Shown here: positions 1 to 8,390 of the stretch, piece after piece
Position numbering within the stretch: the first letter of the stretch is position 1
Layout: every line of letters begins with the position of its first letter
NCBI GenBank assembly: GCA_001599295.1
Contig: BCGN01000002.1
Span: forward strand, 2,214,777-2,234,776
Length of the DNA: 20,000 nt
Direction: 5' to 3'
From: Sporopachydermia quercuum
Lineage: Eukaryota
Program-made: the position numbers and the translations under genes
Notes under the pieces: generated by a model
Told to the model about the DNA's origin: nothing
What the model saw: only the letters and a program-made list of their open reading frames with translations
Database searches by the model: none

Positions 1-1
1 T

Positions 2-1096
2 GTTAATACTGGTATTGCCCCCGTTGATGACATTATTGTTGGTAGCAACAATGTTAATGATAATAGTGACACTAGGAAGAATGTTGATGGTATTGCTGAA
101 CATGGCAATAATACCAGCAATAACATCAATAACATCAATAGCGATACCCCCAGTATTGTAGCAACAAACAACGACAATAATTCATCTATCCGTCTTGATG
201 ATCATTACATTGATAGTACCGCTAATACTGCTAATAACAAAAATAAAACCGTTAACAGCGGCATTAGTAACAGTAACAGTAACGGCAACAAGACAGTCGC
301 AATTTCAAACATAGCTGAAAATGAATCAATTAACGTCAATGGAATTCGGGAAACCAGCGAACTATCACACGCAGATAATACAACAGACGCTACCCCTTCC
401 ACCCCACTAAGCTCCGATTCATTCATAACTCCGGAATTTCTTATTGCAAATGGAATTAAATGCTATACTATCCGACACCGACCGGGTCAATTTGTGATCA
501 AATTCCCAAAAGCCCGTTCGGCATGTGTAAATCTTGGGTTTAATGTTCTGGAAGGGGTTAACTTTGCAGGGCAGGATTGGCTGAAATTCGGATTTGACGG
601 AGAAAATTGGCTGTCGGAACAGGAGACCCCGCCTTTATTAGATGTTTCATCACTAATAATAGTGTACGTGGAGAATAATAGTGGGGAGAACTTAAAATGG
701 ATCAAACCTTATATGGACCATGTTTATGTGAATGAGATGAATATGCGGCTTGATTTTCGGAAGGCAGCTGGCGAAATAAGCGAGATACCGGAAAGAGTAA
801 ATCGGAGTGTGTTTTGCGGCTCGATGATATGCAGTATCAACTTTAAACCTTGTTATTTATCCCGCGTTGTTGTGTATGAGCATGAGCACAGTGAGGCAAC
901 TAACGGGGCAACAAGCGGGGTAGTCGGAGAGGATGAAAATGAGGTGAAACTGTTTTCCCTGTCGGCTTTATTAGACAAATTACAAACCGGAGATGACAGT
1001 GATTTGAAAGGGAAGAAATATGAGTTAGTGGTTAGATATACGGATGAGGAACTGAAGCAGCTTGTTAGTAAAGTCAATGGGATAAGTGAAGGGTAG
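2..1096 (+). CDS. ECM5: 3' part (5'-partial) of an ECM5/KDM5(JARID1)-like JmjC chromatin protein, probably catalytically inactive
   Basis: Frame 2 is open from base 2 to TAG 1094-1096 (the track starts it only at GTG 494). An Asn/Ser/Asp-rich tract is followed by FITPEFLIANGIKCYTIRHRPGQFVIKFPKARSACVNLGFNVLEGVNFAGQDWLKFG, matching the KDM5 JmjC C-terminus (PGEFVITFPRAYHxGFNxGFNxxEAVNFAxxDWL). A degenerate C5HC2-like segment follows (CSINFKPCYLSRV...LVVRYTDEELKQLV). Its position upstream of MMT, co-oriented, matches ECM5-MMT1 in S. cerevisiae. Confidence 0.8.
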   Translation, partial: VNTGIAPVDDIIVGSNNVNDNSDTRKNVDGIAEHGNNTSNNINNINSDTPSIVATNNDNNSSIRLDDHYIDSTANTANNKNKTVNSGISNSNSNGNKTVAISNIAENESINVNGIRETSELSHADNTTDATPSTPLSSDSFITPEFLIANGIKCYTIRHRPGQFVIKFPKARSACVNLGFNVLEGVNFAGQDWLKFGFDGENWLSEQETPPLLDVSSLIIVYVENNSGENLKWIKPYMDHVYVNEMNMRLDFRKAAGEISEIPERVNRSVFCGSMICSINFKPCYLSRVVVYEHEHSEATNGATSGVVGEDENEVKLFSLSALLDKLQTGDDSDLKGKKYELVVRYTDEELKQLVSKVNGISEG

Positions 1097-1936
1097 AGGG
1101 CAAGGAATCGGAGAAGATAGTAGTACTCAATCTTGTTTTGCATTTCGGAGATTGTGAGAACGAGAACCTTTGGAATGGAACTCCGGAACTCCGGGGAAGT
1201 GAATGATGGCCCCGTCTTGCCAACCTAAAAAGATATTCTGGCACAAGCTGATTAGTTGATTGAATTAGTATCATAATGTCACCATTTTTGTCTATTAAGA
1301 ACCCTCCACAAGAAGAAACAATAGTAAAAAATTGGAGGTGCAAACGAACGTTATTGGCAAGAATAAGAACGTAGAAACGTTGACGGTTGACTATTGAACC
1401 TTCTTGTTGATAGCAGGATCATTTATTCTTAATCTTGAAGCACCTTTTCTCTAAGATTCCAAGTCATACAACGGGGAAATGAACGTTGATGTTCAGAGGA
1501 GGATTTGGCGGAGGTAGCCAGACTTTTTGGCGGGGCAGATCTTCTCAAGCTTATAGCTGACATGTCGGCTGATGATATGCTTTGATAATAGATAATAGAT
1601 AGAACGGTAACTGAACTGTTGTAATTCTTGTTATAGCTGTTCTTATACTTATAATGATAATCTATTATTTCAACCTAGACTTTCGTCATTTCCTCTTAAC
1701 TCCTCATGTTATATTGGAATCTCTTAATGTTTCTAACTTACTGCTAATAATATTGTTACATTTTCCCTGTGAAAAGAATACTATGAGGAAAAGTTGGGTA
1801 AAACTTGGTTTTCCTGTATCTTCAACACTGGCGATGACATTGGTGTTGTTTCCCTCGCTCTCCGCTATCAGTTCTGTTGAAGGTGTAGAGTTCCAGATGA
1901 CTCAAGAGTGTATTTTGGTATCAAAGCACTTGATTT
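1097..1936 (+). pseudogene. Possible decayed remnant of the ECM5 C-terminal half (PLU-1-like helices and PHD finger)
   Basis: Stop- and frameshift-interrupted peptides PVLPT*KDILAQAD*L (1211-1258, same frame as ECM5), LTVDY*TFLLIAGSFILNLEAPFL (1380-1451), FC*RCRVPDDS (1872-1904) and WYQST*F (1916-1936) occur in the domain order expected for KDM5/Lid2/Ecm5. Similarity judged by eye only. Confidence 0.4.
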
Positions 1937-2055
1937 TAGCTGTGATTTATTATGGCTATCTCGTTTAACATCATCAGTAGCTAAATCTCACTCTTAATCT
2001 TCTTCCAGTTCAAAATTATTATAATCAGCTACCGTGTTTTCATCAGCAGCAGCAT

Positions 2056-2083
2056 TCGGGATTCACTNCTCTCGGGATTCACT
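2056..2083. repeat. 12-bp direct repeat TCGGGATTCACT x2 with a 4-nt spacer
   Basis: Copies at 2056-2067 and 2072-2083. Confidence 0.8.
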
Positions 2084-3054
2084 AGAAGAGATACTTTATT
2101 ATTACTGGTAGTACCAGTGTCTACTACACGTCAATCATACGTAATAAAGAGATGAGCTTTTCAACTGCAATTATCTTCTAATTCTCTTTTATTGTTCTTG
2201 TATTTCACGTGTATCTCACTTCTATTTACATTTCATAGATCTCATACAATGGCACATATGGCACATGTGTATAGACAGTTCTTCCCAATTCTACGTAAGA
2301 TACCATGAATATAGTCAATTGTGTATTTAACAAATGTTCTCTTAAATACTTGATAATTTATGATTTACGTGGTAACATAAGCTAAGATAATTCCATGAAG
2401 TGCCATTTTTGAGCATCGGAACGAAGAAGTCAATGCCCTTGATTTGATGATGTAAGAAACAGCCAGGAGTCGATCAGCTACTAAGTTCCAAGTACTGTTT
2501 TGAATAACGGCGTAACTTTTGAATAGTGGGACAGCAAGTTATATATGTCGCCTTATATTAGCAATTAAGTAATAGTATAGATAACAAGAATATTATATAA
2601 AAATAGCTAAATTAGAGCCCCCACATATATAGAGAATAAATGAACTTCTTTCATGTAAGTAATAGAGATCCTTGACCTTTCCTATAGTTGAGTTGCTGAA
2701 ATCAATAGCGTTGCAATTTGTATTTGAAGCTATTTGTTTATTCACTATACTAGCTAATTGGTGTAATTGATCATATGCTATCGTATACTTATTTAAGAAT
2801 ATTCCAAATAATAATATCCTTAATAATAACAATAAACTATCTACGATATAACTACTTGCTAGGATAGAGACAGAATACATATAAGCGTGAAGTTAGATTT
2901 CTAACTGGGCTCAAATATATACTTTTTTCTTTTTCTCACTACGGAATTAAAGATTATAAGTTGTCTAATTATTCCAGCACTTTACTGTTGGTGCTAAAAC
3001 ACGTTCGTATGGCTCTTTGCCAGTTGATATTCTACAGTAGAAGAGAAATAGATG

Positions 3055-3099
3055 TTGTGGCTCATTGTGGCTCATTGTGGCTCATTGTGGCTCATTGTG
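3055..3099. repeat. Perfect 10-bp tandem repeat (TTGTGGCTCA)x4.5
   Basis: Directly visible. Each unit contains GTGGCTCA (3057, 3067, 3077, 3087). Confidence 0.95.
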
Positions 3100-4029
3100 A
3101 TTTATTGTCTGTATATAGAAATTAAAGTGGAAGAGGCCCCACCTTGAAATTGGATTTCGGAGTTAAAGTCTGAAACTGGAGAAACTTACTAAACTATATT
3201 TGTACAAATTTCCCCCGACAAATCCCGAGTTCTTGTATCTGTGGTAATAGAGTATGTTTTATTAGTGTGGTGGTTCACCCCTTAGTTAAGATACAAAACA
3301 GGTAACGTTAGTGTTAGTGACAAATCGGCGACTGAAAAATCAATCAAGAATTGGAAGATTTTATACTTGAAATGGAATTAATATAGTTGGTAGTTGATGA
3401 TTAATGACCAGCATTTGACTATTAAAATGTTATTGGGATTATTTTATTCATTTGAAGGATTTTCATAAAAAGAGTTGAGAGAATCTTGATGTACTGTTGA
3501 AGCGAAAATTTGGATTCGTCTATGAGAATTACTTTATCAGTTTTCTCTCGGAGATAGGTAGATTATTAGAAGGGTAAGAAGAAGAGGAAAATTTGAGATA
3601 GAATAGTCAAGCGGAAGTCAAGGAAAGAAAGTTAGGATATTATTAGGCAAATAGAGTGTGTCTTGAGAGAATCTTTACTTTTTGTCCAACTGACATTCGA
3701 TATAAGGAAACATAGGATCCGTAATTGCATAGAATATTGGTTGATAGGACCTGTGATTTAAATCGTCTTGCTTTGATTCAATTTTGTGCATTCGGACTAG
3801 ACGAACCAACACTGTTTGGTCAGAACCATATTATTGCAACAGTGGTTTCAATGATTCACAACACTGATATTGCTTAAGGATACAAACAAACATTTTGTAT
3901 TAAGTGAGCTATAGTTCAACACATAAGGTAAAGAAAATCCGCTGAGTTAAATATCGTTTCACCTAAATTTATTCAATTTTATTTCGTTCTCTTTAGTGAT
4001 TTATCGTACAGTCATCCACACACTCCGCA

Positions 4030-5601
4030 ATGCTTATGACAGTCAAACCGAATATACGACTGCTGAACATCACATGTTGCAGAGTCAGCAGTAGTACCAA
4101 TATTACTACTGGTGTTCACTGTGTTCGTGGTGGGAAAACTGGGAGCAACTCTGCCAGTAATTTTGAACTTGTCGCATCGTTATGGTTGAAACGGAGCTTG
4201 TATACGCAAGCATCAACTGCAACAACTAGAAGGTGTACTGGGATTCTCCAACCTCAGGAAATGCGTTTTCAGAAAGCAGTTAGACAGAACAGAGTGTTTG
4301 CTACGTTTGCGGTACTGCAGAATATGTCACAAAATATTGGCAAGCCACAGGTACAAAAGGATGGAGATGGAAAAGAGCACAATCATGAACAACAGCACAA
4401 TCACGAAGAGCATAATCATGAAGAACATAATCATAAATTAAACAGCAATAATCATGACCACGAACATGATCATGCCCATTCACACGGCCCCTTTAGTCTA
4501 CTACACCACGACCACCATCACCACAACCCAGAAGAAAACGTACTTCTGACAGAAAAAGGAAGCATTTGGAAAAACCCAGTATTAAGAATTACCTGGATTG
4601 GTATGTTGGTTAATGTAGGAATGGCTGTAGCTAAAGGTTTTGGCGGTGTAGTGTTCCATTCACAAGCATTACTTGCCGAAGCTGTGCATTCCTTCTCAGA
4701 TCTTCTGTCTGATTTTGTTACCCTTTTCACAGTACGGTTCAGTTCAAGAACTCCAACAGAAGACTTTCCAAAGGGGTACGGGAAGATTGAAACTCTTGGA
4801 ACGGCTATGGTCTCAGGACTGTTATTGATCGCTGGTTTGAATATAGGTTGGACCAGTTTGGTCACTATGATAGGTCCTTATGTTCCCCATGAGGTTCTTG
4901 ATGCTATCACTGGTATTATTGGCGAAGGGCATTCTCATTCCCACGGACCTGCGGCTGGGGATGGTCATACTGTTGATATCAATGCTGCTTGGCTTGCTTT
5001 GCTGTCCATTGGTATCAAAGAATGGTTATTCCGTGCTACACTGAAAGTAGCTAAAAGTTCAGGTTCTACCGTATTAGCCGTGAATGCATGGCACCATCGT
5101 GTAGATAGTATGACCTCTTTTGTTGCTCTGGCAGCTATTTCTGGCTCTTATTTCTTAGGAATGAGTCTTTTGGATGCTATTGGAGGATTAGCTGTTTCTA
5201 CTATGGTGGTTCGTATAGGTGCTGAAGGTGTTAAAAATGCTACCATGGATTTGTTGGATAAGGTAATCCCTAAGACTGATGAGAGATATCAAAATGTTCT
5301 TTCGCAAGCTGCAAACGCTTTGAAAACGTTTGCCCCTGAAATTAATGGCAAGCCTATTGAGTATACTGTAGAAGGATTGAAATTACTACCATCAGGACCT
5401 AATATGGTTGCGGATTTGAAGATTGGTGTTCCTGCTGCTGATCATGATATATCAGCAAATGATTTGATCAATTTATCGCATAATGTACGTAGTAAGCTTT
5501 CTCATGACATTAAACAGTTGAAACGACTGACTATAGAATATGAGTTAGATACAACAAAGAAAGCAAGAGAAGAAAGAGAGGGAAAGCAAATCAAGAAGTA
5601 A
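4030..5601 (+). CDS. MMT1: Mitochondrial cation diffusion facilitator (CDF) iron/metal transporter, Mmt1/Mmt2 family, 523 aa
   Basis: Arg/Ser/Thr-rich, acid-poor N-terminus resembling a presequence; His-rich tract; NPVLRITWIGMLVNVGMAVAKGFGGVVFHSQALLAEAVHSFSDLLSD (TM1-2); FPKGYGKIETLG; GHSHSH loop; NAWHHRVDS (TM5 metal site); C-terminal dimerisation domain. Probably a single-copy ortholog of the MMT1/MMT2 pair. Confidence 0.93.
   Translation: MLMTVKPNIRLLNITCCRVSSSTNITTGVHCVRGGKTGSNSASNFELVASLWLKRSLYTQASTATTRRCTGILQPQEMRFQKAVRQNRVFATFAVLQNMSQNIGKPQVQKDGDGKEHNHEQQHNHEEHNHEEHNHKLNSNNHDHEHDHAHSHGPFSLLHHDHHHHNPEENVLLTEKGSIWKNPVLRITWIGMLVNVGMAVAKGFGGVVFHSQALLAEAVHSFSDLLSDFVTLFTVRFSSRTPTEDFPKGYGKIETLGTAMVSGLLLIAGLNIGWTSLVTMIGPYVPHEVLDAITGIIGEGHSHSHGPAAGDGHTVDINAAWLALLSIGIKEWLFRATLKVAKSSGSTVLAVNAWHHRVDSMTSFVALAAISGSYFLGMSLLDAIGGLAVSTMVVRIGAEGVKNATMDLLDKVIPKTDERYQNVLSQAANALKTFAPEINGKPIEYTVEGLKLLPSGPNMVADLKIGVPAADHDISANDLINLSHNVRSKLSHDIKQLKRLTIEYELDTTKKAREEREGKQIKK
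4378..4437 (+). repeat. Coding imperfect repeat (15-18 nt unit) encoding HNHEQQ-HNHEE-HNHEE-HNHK
   Basis: cacaatcatgaacaacag / cacaatcacgaagag / cataatcatgaagaa / cataatcataaa. Confidence 0.85.
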
Positions 5602-5727
5602 GTGGAAAGAGCAGGAGAAGGCGTGAGTCTTATGGAATTTTTTGTATATGCAAACAGCAATCAGATATGATTTGATGTTTATCAATGCGCAAACTGGATA
5701 AAACAACTAGAAGCATTCAAATAGAAC

Positions 5728-5760
5728 GAAGAAGAGAAAGAAGAAGAGAAAGAAGAAGGA
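5728..5760. repeat. Purine-rich 12-bp tandem repeat (GAAGAAGAGAAA)x~2.7 downstream of MMT
   Basis: Copies at 5728-5739, 5740-5751 and a partial copy at 5752-5760. Confidence 0.8.
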
Positions 5761-6668
5761 AAAGTAATTTAAGTAAACTTATACCCCCTCTGAAAGGATA
5801 GTAAAAAATCGATGATGATGTTAATAATACTTTTGAGTATTCATGATAATATTCTCCCACATTTATACTCATATAATTATTTATCTATAGATTATTATAT
5901 TAGGACCCCTGTTTATATTTCAATATATATGAAGATAATATTTCAAGCACTAAACCTTGGATATCGTGGAGATTAATATACAATAATACTATATAATGAT
6001 GTCTCATAAGAGTCAAAATACGAATTTGATTGTATATGCTGTTGGTTGATTTTATGATTTAATGGAAAAATTGAGTATATTTCATAAGCAGAATTAACAT
6101 TAAAAAAGCTTATTTAATAGTCGATTCTTATTCGTGGTTGATGTTTATTTTGTTGATTTATCTATTCTGTGTAATCAAAGTTGGCTCTATAAAGAAACCT
6201 GTCTTTCTACTGGCAATTTATGCCTAATTAGTGTCAATTTATGCTACTTCATGTCGCTGCTTCGAACTCGACTTATGAATTATTGTTGAGCAAGTGTACC
6301 TTTGTTCAATTAATGTACCTCCCATTGTCCGATTAACAATTTTCAATTCACTGGACATTTATTAACTAGGTATTAGCATACTTTGCATAAATCCATACAT
6401 TTACTATGTACTTGTTGTGCCATCATCGTACTTCAGAAAGCATTTTCAGCGGAACCTGCTTTGTTGGTTATTACCTTTTTTTACAATTACTGAACATTCG
6501 TTAACAATATCATCTACGCTACCAGTATTTCTGCTTTCTTATTTATAATTTCTTAAAAACATTCAAACAATTTAACCAAAACTCAATTTTTTTTTCAATT
6601 TGTTTATATCATATAGCATAACATAATTGATATAATGTGACTCATAATTGTTATGTAAACAGATGCCA

Positions 6669-8088
6669 TCAGTTCTTATGTTGTTCATAAATCCAATCGT
6701 TTAAACCATAACGGTTTCTGCAAATTTCAATTGCATAAAATTGTAATCGCAAGGCTAAAANTACTGTTAGCAATATGTTAAGAATTGAAGCAAAAAGTAA
6801 AAGGATCTTAGGACATTGACAGTTGCTGATGNTTAGCATTTGGTTGCTCCGAAATGGTATTCATCCTATTTTTCATCCTTTGATTAGACAACATGACCAG
6901 CAGCAGCTTCTGTAGAATTTACTAGCTCTGACAAACAATTGATAGTTGTTCTTTTCGTTATTGTGTACATGTTACTATCCCATGCTTGTTCTGTTGCTCG
7001 TTCTATCGCTGTTTCTATTGTATTCTACTGTTATTTATACCACTTTTCTATCATTATTTCTGTTCGACCTTCACTTTTACTCAAATACCTCCTAATCATC
7101 AACGAATCTCACAATCCTCCCAATTGTTCGCCCATATACTTACCAAAAATTGTAGTGTCTTGATCATATTCAGCGTTTGAATCAGTTCTTAGCAAAGTAC
7201 CAAAATTATAATCATCGACTTTGCCTTCAAATTCCTTCATGAAAACTCTCCATCTTTCTTTTCCTTCCTTGGACTTCATAGCTTCTTCATTAATTGTTTT
7301 CACTCCTTCCTTGGTTAAATATTCAGGAAATTGTTCTCTAACAGCATCAAAAACATCATCATCAAATCTGAATACAAATGTTAGAATTTTCTCAATAAAT
7401 AAACAATAATAGCAAAGAGTTACTAGTGAATAATTGGATAATTATCAAGCTGTTATAATGCTAAAAGAGCTACGTACTTTGTTAGCTTAAGCTTACTGCC
7501 TGGTACTTTATTTAATAAATTCCAGTAGGTCTCTGATGAAAGCTATGTTAGTAATCATGAATATATTCAGGTAAGAACAATGTTGATATTACTGTTTAAT
7601 GTTCTGCAAATAACATGAATAATAATAGACATAATAAATAAATACTAAAATGCAATAGATAGAGACATAGGCATTATAATAGACGAAAGCATCAACACTT
7701 ACCAGCTTGAGTAACTGCCTTGACAGCGAATTGCTTCTCGATCTGTTTATAGTGTTAGAGTATATTGAACGTAAAAATATGATAAAGAAGAGAACGTAGA
7801 GATTTAAAAGTAGACATTCTATTCGTCGGTTTTATTGTATGACATTCATTATTTTCGTTTTAGGTTGATTCGGTAGAGAACTGTCAGGCACTTTTGTCTT
7901 ATTGTAATTAGCAGTTCCAACGCATTCTTTATAATAAAAAATTACTCTCAGTTTTTGTGCACCTACTTATTAATCCCCTCTAGTTTCTAATCGATTCATT
8001 GGCTCTCCCTGTAATGAGAAATCATAAATAGAAAATTACTTACGTCTTCGAGATTTTCAGCTTTTTCTGGGTCAAATGTAGATGTCAT
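6669..8088 (-). CDS. YPL225W: PBDC1/Ypl225w (Chp1) family protein, eEF1A co-translational chaperone; 149 aa from 5 exons: 8088-8044, 7742-7703, 7532-7478, 7367-7144, 6754-6669
   Basis: Spliced CDS is 45+40+55+224+86 = 450 nt and in frame: MTSTFDPEKAENLED|IEKQFAVKAVTQA|ETYWNLLNKVPGSKLKLTK|FDDDVFDAVREQFPE...MKSKEGKERWRVFMKEFEGKVDDYNFGTLLRTD...TTIF|ALRLQFYAIEICRNRYGLNDWIYEQHKN*. Hallmark PBDC1 motifs (IEKQFAVKAV, DYNFGTLLR, RxQFYAIEIxRNRxGLND) are intact, and all four introns have canonical signals. Confidence 0.95.
6755..7143 (-). other. Spliceosomal intron 4 of PBDC1 (389 nt, phase 1)
   Basis: GTAAGT ... TGCTAAC-agtanttt-TAG. Confidence 0.88.
7368..7477 (-). other. Spliceosomal intron 3 of PBDC1 (110 nt, phase 2)
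   Basis: GTACGT ... TTCTAAC-atttgtatt-CAG. Confidence 0.9.
7533..7702 (-). other. Spliceosomal intron 2 of PBDC1 (170 nt, phase 1)
   Basis: GTAAGT ... TACTAAC-atagctttcat-CAG. Confidence 0.9.
7743..8043 (-). other. Spliceosomal intron 1 of PBDC1 (301 nt, phase 0)
   Basis: GTAAGT ... CTCTAAC-actataaa-CAG. Confidence 0.9.
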
Positions 8089-8381
8089 TTCTTATCACTA
8101 TATTGCTTGTTTGAATTTGTGAAGNTACGTAGATTTTCATAACCGCTCCTGTTGGCTATCGATTTTTATAATTGTAGCAACCAAAAAGGTAATCGAAAGG
8201 TCAAAACAAAATTAAGAGAAAGAAAAGAAATAACTAAACCAATCTAATAGAAAAGCACTCGTAGATCTACAGTAAAAGACTAGAGTGATTTATTCCTTTT
8301 TGTTCTAGAAGTGATATTGCAGGTATTGCACATGACNGTGCAGGTCAAGCGCAGTAGGTTAACAGTAGGTTAATTTAGGTC

Positions 8382-8390
8382 ATCACGTGA
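8382..8390. promoter_or_regulatory. Palindromic E-box ATCACGTGA (Cbf1/Tye7/SREBP-type bHLH site) in the divergent PBDC1/FPY1 promoter
   Basis: Exact RTCACGTG match about 295 nt upstream of the PBDC1 ATG. Function is inferred. Confidence 0.45.

Noticed and set aside
1094..1096. Stop readthrough or A-to-I (UAG to UGG) editing restoring full-length ECM5
   Set aside because: Further in-frame TAG and TAA stops and apparent frameshifts follow, so one recoding event cannot restore the frame.
1654..1968. 104-aa ORF as an independent gene
   Set aside because: AT-driven hydrophobic composition and no family features. Its 3' part overlaps the proposed ECM5 remnant.
1868..2045. Minus-strand TGATGA...CTGA pairs (1976-1868 and 2045-1974) as box C/D snoRNA candidates
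   Set aside because: The C boxes lack the 5' purine, terminal stems are weak or absent, and I could not recognise rRNA/snRNA complementarity before the D boxes. A snoscan/Infernal run would settle it.
3904..4010. Possible 5' UTR intron of MMT (GTGAGC/GTAAAG ... TACAG)
   Set aside because: The donor and branch signals do not match the GTAAGT/CTAAC pattern of the five supported introns.
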